Under the pieces are notes generated by a model, which was given only the letters and a program-made list of their open reading frames with translations, did no database searches and was not told the DNA's origin. Shown piece after piece: positions 1 through 8,005 of a DNA stretch of 60,898 bases. Each line of letters begins with the position of its first letter. Position 1 is the stretch's first letter. The stretch spans positions 1-60,898 of the forward strand of contig JAUHQG010000042.1 in assembly GCA_030408475.1 (NCBI GenBank). Direction: 5' to 3'. Source of the stretch: Candidatus Amphrikana amoebophyrae. GTDB lineage: Bacteria > Chlamydiota > Chlamydiia > Chlamydiales > JACRBE01. Made by a program: the position numbers and the translations under genes.

Positions 1-104
1 TGCCTTTAGCATTTTGCCCCCCCCCTAGCGTTGGTTGAAAGAATTTTCCTACAGGAAAATTCTAAAAGCTGCGTAACTCTATGTTTTAATTATGCAACAC
101 AGCC

Positions 105-123
105 AAGCGGCTTTACATTCAAA
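105..123. repeat. Partial copy of the AATGTAAAGCGGCTTTACATT palindrome
   Basis: AAGCGGCTTTACATTCAAA matches the centre and right arm of the full copies at 7626, 37995 and 43657. Confidence 0.65.
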
Positions 124-149
124 TGCTTTATTGATTAATTATCAACTAC

Positions 150-602
150 TTATGATCCGCAGCTTGAAGATCTAGAAGAGCGTGAAGATCTTGATCTATA
201 AGATTTTGGTGGTGGCGGTGGTGGAGCATCTTTTTTCATTTGAGTTTGATCTGCTGGCGTCTCTTTCTTTAGCATTCTTGAGTCATTAATCACCATTTCA
301 ACTGCATCATCAGGAGTAATATTTTTATATTTTGGTGATTTCGATAACATTTTTGCCAAAGCATCACCTCTTTGCTCAGCACTAAACTGACCACAAAAAA
401 TACTTCTATGCATTGGACTTAATCTTTGAGCAAAATCTTGTTGAGAGGGCGATAAATGTTTACATGTATGAGCACCAGACATTTGCGTCTCTGACTTAGA
501 AGTGGTAGGTGGTGGCGGCGGAGCACTCCTATATGACGATTGAGCACCAAATCCAAATGCGCAAACAGTTAACATTATACTACTTAAGATTGCTCGATAC
601 AT
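150..602 (-). CDS. Hypothetical exported protein with poly-Pro tracts
   Basis: 150-aa ORF; N-terminal hydrophobic signal-like segment; two poly-Pro tracts each next to SYRS; GAGG RBS upstream. Confidence 0.7.
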   Translation of the reverse strand: MYRAILSSIMLTVCAFGFGAQSSYRSAPPPPPTTSKSETQMSGAHTCKHLSPSQQDFAQRLSPMHRSIFCGQFSAEQRGDALAKMLSKSPKYKNITPDDAVEMVINDSRMLKKETPADQTQMKKDAPPPPPPKSYRSRSSRSSRSSSCGS

Positions 603-720
603 AAAAACCTCTTTTTTCTTTCACCCTATCAAAAAGAGGAATATTGAGGGGGGAAAAAATTTTCCTTGGATTTGAAAAAAGGGATGGCTAAGATCCAAAT
701 TTTGAGAAAAGAGGAAAGTA

Positions 721-1245
721 ATGGCAGAACGACCCATTGAGTGTAACCAGTGTAAAAAGCTAATAAAAGTTACCTATAAAGAGATAAAAGGGAATGAGAT
801 ACACACTTTACATGTTTGTGAAGATTGTCCTGTAGTCTTAAAAAAGCTTCATTTAGATGGCAAAAAAAAGTGTGGAATGGAAGTGACGCGAGAAGAAGAA
901 GACCATCTTTTAGTATGTTCAGGCTGTAATACGACATCGGATGCGATAAAGATGGGAAATTATGTGGGTTGCGCTGAGTGTTATGAAACATTTGGACCGT
1001 TAATAGCAGTTCAATTAACAAAGTTAAATAAGATACAAGAAGCACCAAAGAAATTTACCGTGGGGTCAAAAGTGAGTTTACATAAAGGGAAGCATGAGCT
1101 TTTTACAAGCGAGAAGAGAGAAAAATTGGGTGAATTAAATGTAGCCCTCGATGATGCCGTTAAAGGAGAGAATTTTGAGCAAGCAGCCTGGATAAGAGAT
1201 AAAATCAATATATTAATGGAGGAAACAAGTGACGAAAAAATCTAA
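721..1245 (+). CDS. mcsA: McsA-like protein (CxxC motifs plus UVR domain)
   Basis: Four CxxC motifs and a C-terminal UVR motif (ENFEQAAWIRD); overlaps the start of the mcsB-like gene. Confidence 0.85.
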   Translation: MAERPIECNQCKKLIKVTYKEIKGNEIHTLHVCEDCPVVLKKLHLDGKKKCGMEVTREEEDHLLVCSGCNTTSDAIKMGNYVGCAECYETFGPLIAVQLTKLNKIQEAPKKFTVGSKVSLHKGKHELFTSEKREKLGELNVALDDAVKGENFEQAAWIRDKINILMEETSDEKI

Positions 1246-2293
1246 ACTCCCCGATTCACTATTTAAGGCGTCACCCTGGAGCAAAAATAGCACACCTATT
1301 TGGCCTTTATCCACTTTTGTATTGCATCGTAATCTCAAGGAGAAGCTTTTCCCTGAAAAGCTGGATGAAAAAGAACTTAACAAGTTGAAAAATCAAATCA
1401 AAGCAGTCTTACTAAACTCCAAAGTTTTAAAAAATCCCACTTTTTTAGATATTGATGAATTATCTCAAAGGGATCGTGAGTATTTATATGAGCACTTCAA
1501 TACTTTGCAAGAAATGAAGAATTTTAGAAGTGGACAAGGTTTTTGCCTTGATGAAACAAATAATGTTCTCATCACTGTTAATTTCATCGATCATATTTGC
1601 ATACATGTCAATGATTCCAATAGCCAATGGGATGAAACCTATAAAAAAATGAACTCAATTGATCAAGAACTGAACTCATTTTTACAATTTGCTTATACTG
1701 AACAATTTGGGTTTTTAACAGCTGATCCTAGCTTTTGCGGCACGGGGTTAGTGATTGAATCATTGTTACATATTCCCCTTCTTCTTCAAGAAAAAAAGCC
1801 GATAGAAATTATTCATCACATGGATAATGGAATAATGTTAGCCAGTTTAGCTCGCAATTTAGATTTCACTGGTGATATCGGCATTATTCAAAATAACTAT
1901 ACTCTTGGAACAAGTGAAGATCAAATAATCCATCTTCTTCATACTAATGCTCTAAAATTAATGGGGCTAGAAAAAGAGCTCCAACAAAAAGTAGAAGAGA
2001 AGCCCTCGGCAGTCATTAAAGATAAGATTTCAAGAGCGATTGGGACTTTAACTAGTAGCTTCCAGATGGACACTAAAGAAGCACTTTCAGCCTTAAGTAT
2101 GATCAAGCTTGGTATACAACTCAATTGGATAAAAGGGAGTGATATCAAAGAGGTGAATAAACTCTTTTTTGACATTCAAAGGGCCCATCTCATGCAACTT
2201 AGCGATGTTGAACCTGATATAAAAGAGTTGCCAGAGCACCGATCTCATTTTTTAAAAAGCACCCTCTCTAATCTCTCGCTAAACATCAAATAA
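1229..2293 (+). CDS. mcsB: McsB-like protein arginine kinase (ATP:guanido phosphotransferase fold)
   Basis: HRN motif, FGFLTADPSFCGTG, NNYTLGTSE, DKISRAIGTL, C-terminal QRAHL; follows mcsA. Confidence 0.85.
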   Translation: MTKKSKLPDSLFKASPWSKNSTPIWPLSTFVLHRNLKEKLFPEKLDEKELNKLKNQIKAVLLNSKVLKNPTFLDIDELSQRDREYLYEHFNTLQEMKNFRSGQGFCLDETNNVLITVNFIDHICIHVNDSNSQWDETYKKMNSIDQELNSFLQFAYTEQFGFLTADPSFCGTGLVIESLLHIPLLLQEKKPIEIIHHMDNGIMLASLARNLDFTGDIGIIQNNYTLGTSEDQIIHLLHTNALKLMGLEKELQQKVEEKPSAVIKDKISRAIGTLTSSFQMDTKEALSALSMIKLGIQLNWIKGSDIKEVNKLFFDIQRAHLMQLSDVEPDIKELPEHRSHFLKSTLSNLSLNIK

Positions 2294-2384
2294 GATTTTT
2301 GAAAAAGGGTTAGAGCTATAGCCTTGAGTAAATCATCAGCTTTTACTATATTGCAAAGATCTTTTCTAAAAATATGGAAGAAAA

Positions 2385-2867
2385 ATGTACACACCTATTG
2401 TAGGAAGTCTGGGCTATATTTTATCCCCTAACAAAAAAGAAGTTTTACTCGTGCATCGCACTGCCAATAGCGATGATGATCATTTAGGAAAATACAATGG
2501 TCTTGGAGGTAAAATGGAAAGCAATGAAGATATTGATACTTGTATGCGAAGAGAAATCCATGAAGAAGCCAACATCAAAGTTACAGAAATGGAATTGCGC
2601 GGAACAATAAATTGGACAGGATTTGGACCAAAAGGAGAAGATTGGCTTGGGTTTATTTTTCTGATAACAAACTTTGAAGGCGAACCCAATGATCATAGTC
2701 CTGAAGGCCCATTGAAATGGATAAAAATTAAGGATATCTTCACTTTGCCTATGTGGGAAGGAGATCGTTACTTTATTCCATTAGTTTTTGATGATAATAA
2801 ACGCCCCTTTCATGCCTTTATGCCATATGAAAATGATAAACCTTTAGATTTTAACTATGTGAGGTAG
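2385..2867 (+). CDS. Nudix hydrolase, 8-oxo-dGTPase (MutX/MTH1-like)
   Basis: Nudix box GGKMESNEDIDTCMRREIHEEA; KYNGLGGK and LPMWEGD motifs. Confidence 0.85.
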   Translation: MYTPIVGSLGYILSPNKKEVLLVHRTANSDDDHLGKYNGLGGKMESNEDIDTCMRREIHEEANIKVTEMELRGTINWTGFGPKGEDWLGFIFLITNFEGEPNDHSPEGPLKWIKIKDIFTLPMWEGDRYFIPLVFDDNKRPFHAFMPYENDKPLDFNYVR

Positions 2868-2869
2868 CT

Positions 2870-4171
2870 ATGGAACAAAAGAAAATAGCCCTTATTCTAT
2901 TAATGGCAGGAAAAGGAAACCGATTTCAAAATGAAATCCCAAAGCAGTTTGTTAAAATCAACCAAACTCCTATTTATGAGCTCACCTTACAAGCCTGTTT
3001 AAAGAGCCATAATTTTGACCAAGTTGTTTTAGTAACGCATCCCAATTGGCAAAATGAAATATCTAAAAAACATACTAACTGCACCGTGATTAAGGGGGGT
3101 GAAACAAGACAAGAGTCAAGTTATTTAGGTTTAAAAGCGTGTCAAAATGATATTGAAATTGTGATGATTCACGATGGTTGCCGCCCTTTTATAAGTAGGG
3201 AAATAATTACAAAACATCTCGATGCTTTGAAAAATTATGATGCGGTTAACACCTGTATTCCCTCTAGTGATACTATTGTAATAAGTCAATGTGGTGACGA
3301 AATAGACAATATCCCTGATCGCTCTAAATACTTTAGAGGACAAACCCCTCAAAGTTTTGACTACTCTTTAATTTGCGCTTCGCATGAAGAAGCCTTAGAG
3401 CTTGGACAAACAGATATGAGTGATGATTGTTACTTAGCGCTGCAATTGGGCGCTCCTATAACTATAGTAGAAGGTGAAGATCGTAATATTAAAATAACAA
3501 CCCCTTTTGATTTAGAAATAGCTAATCTTCTTGTAAATCAACATCCACTTAATTTTGATCACTCTCATGTATCGGTACAAGAGAACACTTATGCTCTATC
3601 TGGAGGGCAAGGAGGGATTGGTAAAGCAATACAAAAGCAACTAGAAAGTTTAGGAGCGAAAATTATTCATTTATCTCGTGAAGATTTAGCAACAAACGAA
3701 AATGCTCAAAGAACATTTGCAAAAATTGGCCCATTGGATGGATTAATTAATTGCATAGGTAAATTAATTGTGAAGCCACTAAGCGAGCTATCTGGTGACG
3801 AAATAGAGAACATGCTTCATGACAACTTGCTTGCCTCTATATATAGCTGCAAATATGCACAAATTAAGAAAGGTGGCCACATACTAAACATTGGATCATC
3901 TGTATATTCTAAAGGGCGATCTCATTTTGCTATCTATTCAAGTTCTAAAGCAGCACTTGTTAATTTTAGTGAAGCTCTAGCCGAAGAAAATCCTGATCTT
4001 TTCGTTAATGTCCTTTCACCATGCAGGACAAATACTCCAATGAGAAGAAAATCATTTCCTAATGAATGTGTGGATACTTTATTAACACCAACGCAAGTGG
4101 CAGAGAAAGCGAGAGATATCTTGCTTTCTAAAGTGAGTTGTCGTCATTTCGTTATGAAAAAAAAGAAATGA
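2870..4171 (+). CDS. Bifunctional IspD/TarI-type cytidylyltransferase fused to an SDR reductase (Bcs1-like)
   Basis: N-half has AGKGNRF..PKQF, GGETRQES, IHDGCRPF, QTPQSF, NIKITTPFDL; C-half has GGQGGIG and YSSSK (YxxxK). Confidence 0.85.
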   Translation: MEQKKIALILLMAGKGNRFQNEIPKQFVKINQTPIYELTLQACLKSHNFDQVVLVTHPNWQNEISKKHTNCTVIKGGETRQESSYLGLKACQNDIEIVMIHDGCRPFISREIITKHLDALKNYDAVNTCIPSSDTIVISQCGDEIDNIPDRSKYFRGQTPQSFDYSLICASHEEALELGQTDMSDDCYLALQLGAPITIVEGEDRNIKITTPFDLEIANLLVNQHPLNFDHSHVSVQENTYALSGGQGGIGKAIQKQLESLGAKIIHLSREDLATNENAQRTFAKIGPLDGLINCIGKLIVKPLSELSGDEIENMLHDNLLASIYSCKYAQIKKGGHILNIGSSVYSKGRSHFAIYSSSKAALVNFSEALAEENPDLFVNVLSPCRTNTPMRRKSFPNECVDTLLTPTQVAEKARDILLSKVSCRHFVMKKKK

Positions 4172-4241
4172 GGCTTGAAGGACTTGAACCTTCGACATGC
4201 TCCTTAAAAGGGAGCCGCTCTACCAACTGAGCTAAAGCCTC
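4169..4241 (-). tRNA. tRNA-Lys (TTT)
   Basis: Reverse complement folds as a cloverleaf; anticodon arm GCTCC-CTTTTAA-GGAGC; T-loop GGTTCAAGTCC. Confidence 0.95.
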
Positions 4242-4247
4242 ATTTGT

Positions 4248-4322
4248 TGACCCCAAGGGGATTCGAACCCCTGTTGCCAGGATGAAAACCTGGTGTCCTA
4301 GGCCGGGCTAGACGATGGGGCC
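4248..4322 (-). tRNA. tRNA-Glu (TTC)
   Basis: GGCCCCATCGTCTAG...CCAGG-TTTTCAT-CCTGG...GGTTCGAATCCC..GGGGTCA. Confidence 0.95.
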
Positions 4323-4402
4323 TAGCGTGACTACCACTTCAAAGAATTAACTCTTCAGTGATGGTCGATTTGACCCGGCTTATCGAATCAAATATGTCAC
4401 CT

Positions 4403-4431
4403 ATTCTACATATGGAAGACTTTTTCCACAA
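4403..4431 (-). promoter_or_regulatory. Putative sigma66/sigma70-type promoter of the tRNA-Glu/tRNA-Lys operon
   Basis: TTGTGG-17 bp-TAGAAT on the minus strand, about 80 nt upstream of tRNA-Glu. Confidence 0.55.
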
Positions 4432-4437
4432 GCAAAA

Positions 4438-4998
4438 TTAAACAGTGAGTATATCTTTTTCTTTTTCGGCGAATTTTGCATCAATTTCTTTGCAATAATC
4501 GTCGGTTAATTTCTGAATATCTTTTTCCATACGCTTAACTTGATCTTCTGTCAAGTCGCCATCAGCTTTTTTTTGCTTAGCAGTGTTATTTGCTTTTTTT
4601 CTAATCTCACGAATAGAAACTTTAGCATCTTCAGCTTTCTTTTTACCCTGTTTAACAATATCCTTTCTCATGTCTTCAGAAAGAGGAGGAACAGGAACTC
4701 TAATAACATTACCATCTACAATGGCTTGTAGATTCATATTAGCTTTTTCGATAGCCTTGGCAATAGAAGAAGCTGTTTGGGGATCAAAAGGGCTAACCAC
4801 GAGCTGTCTTCCATCGGCAACAGAAACAGTCGCAACTCCTTTTAAATTCATTTGAGATCCATAAATTTCAACAGTGATCTCATCGAGCATACCTGGAGCA
4901 GGTCTACCTGTTCTTAAATTCTTAAGCTCAGTGAGAAAATGTTGAAGTGAATCTTCCATTAATTTTTTAGTTTCTTTCAAAGTATCGATACTCCTCAT
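4438..4998 (-). CDS. frr: Ribosome recycling factor
   Basis: LRTGRP, VPPLSEDMRK, IQKLTD motifs; downstream of tsf. Confidence 0.97.
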   Translation of the reverse strand: MRSIDTLKETKKLMEDSLQHFLTELKNLRTGRPAPGMLDEITVEIYGSQMNLKGVATVSVADGRQLVVSPFDPQTASSIAKAIEKANMNLQAIVDGNVIRVPVPPLSEDMRKDIVKQGKKKAEDAKVSIREIRKKANNTAKQKKADGDLTEDQVKRMEKDIQKLTDDYCKEIDAKFAEKEKDILTV

Positions 4999-5093
4999 TA
5001 AGTAATGGACTGCATAAAGCAGTCCTTAAATTTAAACCCGTTTTGTGAGTAACAACCAATTATTAGAATCAGTCATACACACGATCACGAGTT

Positions 5094-5936
5094 TTAAGCT
5101 CCAATCTGCCATCTAGTGAAGGACTTTAGAGTTAAAGTTTTACCTAATTTTTTTCCTTCTTCTTCTACAACAGCAGCGACAGTTTTTGATGGGTCGCGGA
5201 TGTATTTTTGACGAAGTAGGCAATTTTGGTCGTAGAACGCAGCTAATTTACCTTGAATAATTTTCTCTTGAATATTTTCTGGCTTAGTTTTCACTTGATC
5301 TTTGGCAATATCCGTTTCTCTAGCTATGATATCAGCAGGAATACCTTCTGGAGAAAGATATTCTGGGAATTCAGCAGCTACATGCATAGCAACAGCTCTT
5401 GCAAATTCAGTAGCCTCACTTGAACCAACGATTTCAACAGTAGCAACAATTTTTCCACCCATGTGAGAATAGACACCGATAGAAGTGTCACCTTCTTTTG
5501 ACATGATTGAAACTTTGCGAACTTTGATGTTTTCGCCAAGAGTTTGAATATGGTCAGCTCTATATTCCTCAACACTCATGCCATTTTGCATTTGAACGCT
5601 AGAGAATTCTTCAACAGAAGTTGGCTTATTCTCTAGAGCAGCTGCGCAAAGATCTTCAACAAAAGCTTGGAAACGTTCATTTTGAACAACAAAATCAGTT
5701 TCAGCGTTGATTTCTACAATAGCAACATGAGAGTCGCTTTCTTTAAATCCGATCATACCTTCATTAGTATCACGAGATTGTTTTTTTTCAGCTGAAGCCA
5801 TTCCTGACTTTCTTAAGATGCTGATTGCTTCTTCGACATCGCCTTTAGCTTCATCAAGGGCTTTTTTACATTTGCCCATGCCAACACCAGTGCGGTCACG
5901 AAGTTCTTTAACCATAGAAGCAGTCACATTCGACAT
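5094..5936 (-). CDS. tsf: Elongation factor Ts
   Basis: VKELRDRTGVGMGKCKKAL, EINAETDFV, AMHVAA. Confidence 0.98.
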   Translation of the reverse strand: MSNVTASMVKELRDRTGVGMGKCKKALDEAKGDVEEAISILRKSGMASAEKKQSRDTNEGMIGFKESDSHVAIVEINAETDFVVQNERFQAFVEDLCAAALENKPTSVEEFSSVQMQNGMSVEEYRADHIQTLGENIKVRKVSIMSKEGDTSIGVYSHMGGKIVATVEIVGSSEATEFARAVAMHVAAEFPEYLSPEGIPADIIARETDIAKDQVKTKPENIQEKIIQGKLAAFYDQNCLLRQKYIRDPSKTVAAVVEEEGKKLGKTLTLKSFTRWQIGA

Positions 5937-5967
5937 TACTCACTCCAAATTTAAATTTTAAAAAAGC

Positions 5968-6822
5968 TTACGCTTTCACTTCTTCTTTTGTTTCTTCTTT
6001 AGCAGCTGGTTTTTTTTCAGCTTTAACTTCTTGCTCAACTTTTTCGGCTACAGGAGCTGCAACTTTAGGTGTGATCGGTCTAACTGGAGCTTTCTTCTTT
6101 GCAGAAGGCTCTTCGTTAGTTAAAGAAATATTGAGTTCTTTTTTCTTAGCAATGATAGTACGAGTAAGAGAAGTAAGAATAAGTTTAATACTTTTTAAAG
6201 CATCGTCGTTACAAGCAATGACGTGATCGATAGGATCTGGATCGCAATTAGTATCAACTAAAGCCATAACAGGTATGCCTAATTTTTTAGCTTCTGCAAC
6301 AGCGATATGCTCTCTTGAAGGATCGACAACAACGACTAAACCAGGAGGTTTTTTCATTGTTCTGATACCAGAAAGAGTTTTATCGAGTTTTTCGTGATTT
6401 TTAGCTAGTTTAGAAATTTCTTTCTTAGTTAGTCCTTCACCACCTTTAGCGATATCTTTTTCGATATGCTCAAGTTTTTTTACAGATTTACGAATAGTAG
6501 TTAAGTTGGTTAACATTCCACCAAGCCATCTTTCACAAACGTAGAATTCGCCACAATCTTCAGCGCATTCTTTGACAACTTCTTTAGCTTGTTTTTTAGT
6601 CCCAACGAATAAAACACTCTTGTTCTCAGCGACAGCATTTTCAACTATTTTAACAGCGTTTCGAAGTTGTTGAATAGTTTTAGAAAGGTCAATAATATAT
6701 ATACCGTTAAGTTCCTTATAAATGAAACATTTCATTTTAGGGTTCCAACGATGTCTTTGGTGTCCGAAATGGGCGCCTGATTCAAGTAAGTCTTTTACAG
6801 TAACTTGTTTTGTTTGATCCAA
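5968..6822 (-). CDS. rpsB: 30S ribosomal protein S2 (TTG start)
   Basis: LLESGAHFGH..RWNPKM, FVGTKKQA, RWLGGMLTN, DTNCDPD; GAGG RBS before TTG. Confidence 0.98.
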   Translation of the reverse strand: MDQTKQVTVKDLLESGAHFGHQRHRWNPKMKCFIYKELNGIYIIDLSKTIQQLRNAVKIVENAVAENKSVLFVGTKKQAKEVVKECAEDCGEFYVCERWLGGMLTNLTTIRKSVKKLEHIEKDIAKGGEGLTKKEISKLAKNHEKLDKTLSGIRTMKKPPGLVVVVDPSREHIAVAEAKKLGIPVMALVDTNCDPDPIDHVIACNDDALKSIKLILTSLTRTIIAKKKELNISLTNEEPSAKKKAPVRPITPKVAAPVAEKVEQEVKAEKKPAAKEETKEEVKA

Positions 6823-6952
6823 ATTTTCCTCTATGGTTTTTGAAGCTGTGAACCTTTTATAGCCCTAAGATTAAATCATCGAAGGAAAAGGTCAAATTTC
6901 ACATTAAAATATGTCAAAAAATAACATTTAGAGGAATTTAAAACAAGTAGAT

Positions 6953-6983
6953 AAAAAGGCGCCACAGATGCAGCGCCAAAAAA
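6953..6983 (-). terminator. Rho-independent terminator of the 162-aa orphan gene
   Basis: GGCGCTGCA-TC-TGTGGCGCC stem followed by TTTTT on the minus strand, just after the stop codon. Confidence 0.7.
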
Positions 6984-6985
6984 GC

Positions 6986-7474
6986 TCAAGAATGATCTTG
7001 AATAAGAGCAGAAAATCCACTAATTAAAGACTTCATATTTAATGGCGATGCACCGTTAATAGTCCCTTCAAAACTATTTATATGTTTTTTAGTCTTTTGC
7101 GAAACAGTCCAAAAGGGTTTTTGAAAGTGAGCACCAACCTGATCCCCTTTTATAGCAAAATTTAAAAGAGTCACCATAAACGTACTCACTTTTTTAACAG
7201 CATCACTTTCTGAATTAGATTTGCTAATATTTGCCGCTAACTGGCTAACATCGATCATTTCTGATGCACCAATAGTTATGGGTCCAACAATAGTATCAAC
7301 TGCCTTTTGAATGGCTTTTGCAGCACTTTCATAGTTGCCACTTTCTAAATCTGATTCACTGCCTTGAATAGCCGATGCAATTTCATTCATATAATTTTGC
7401 CCTTGAATAACCCTCTTTTGACTAATTTCCATGTTAGAGGGATCTACCCCTCCTGCTCCTATAGGTGTAACCAT
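6986..7474 (-). CDS. Orphan hypothetical protein, possible secreted effector
   Basis: 162-aa ORF with GGGAGG RBS, an upstream TTGACA-18-TATAAG promoter-like site and its own terminator; no recognisable family. Confidence 0.75.
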   Translation of the reverse strand: MVTPIGAGGVDPSNMEISQKRVIQGQNYMNEIASAIQGSESDLESGNYESAAKAIQKAVDTIVGPITIGASEMIDVSQLAANISKSNSESDAVKKVSTFMVTLLNFAIKGDQVGAHFQKPFWTVSQKTKKHINSFEGTINGASPLNMKSLISGFSALIQDHS

Positions 7475-7625
7475 ATAAAACCTCCCTTTTCTTTCTTATA
7501 CCTGACATGTAAAACAGTTGTCAAACAAAGATAAAAATCTCAACAGCCTTATGCTCAACATGTTACACATTTTTGCAACAACCATCATCAACATTTTAAA
7601 CTGCTTATTATTAATTACTTAAGCG

Positions 7626-7654
7626 TTTCAATGTAAAGCGGCTTTACATTGAAA
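7626..7654. repeat. 29-bp palindrome TTTCAATGTAAAGC-G-GCTTTACATTGAAA (dispersed family)
   Basis: Perfect 14-bp arms around one central base; related copies at 105, 37995 and 43657. Confidence 0.9.
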
Positions 7655-7730
7655 TCTATATACCAAGTAAGGCAATAGAAAAAACCTGCTATTCATGCAG
7701 TATACTAAATTAAGCTGAATCTAAAAAAGA

Positions 7731-7895
7731 GTATCTATTGAATTGGAGAATACCTTTGCGAGAAACGATATAGATTATTTAGATTTTGCCTATTCAATCG
7801 CAGGTAAACCCTAATGGGTTTGCCAAGATTTAATGGGGGAAAGATGAATGATATAGATTGTTTCTCGAGAAGGTAGTATCCAATTCAATAGATAC
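7731..7895. repeat. 165-nt imperfect inverted repeat (MITE-like or structured RNA)
   Basis: 17-bp perfect terminal IR GTATCTATTGAATTGGA; pairing continues imperfectly to a central AAACCC-TAAT-GGGTTT; flanked by AAGA on both sides. Confidence 0.85.
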
Positions 7896-7900
7896 AAGAA

Positions 7901-7971
7901 AGCGCCTGAACAGAATCGAACTGTCACTAATAGCTTGGAAGGCTATTGTTCTACCATTGAACTACAGGCGC
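7901..7971 (-). tRNA. tRNA-Gly (TCC)
   Basis: GCGCCTGTAGTTCAATGGTAGAAC-ATAGC-CTTCCAA-GCTAT...GTTCGATTC..CAGGCGCT. Confidence 0.95.
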
Positions 7972-8005
7972 AAATATATGTGAACAATAATACTTAGGCG
8001 ATTAA

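Noticed and set aside
721-4171. Recent inversion of the mcsA-mcsB block relative to frr, suggested by apparent skew
   Set aside because: GC skew could not be quantified by eye, and coding-strand bias could explain the impression.
6830-6902. rpsB leader hairpin (GACCTTTT..AAAAGGTT) as an S2 autoregulatory RNA
   Set aside because: Plausible by position, but I could not match it to the known leader consensus by eye.
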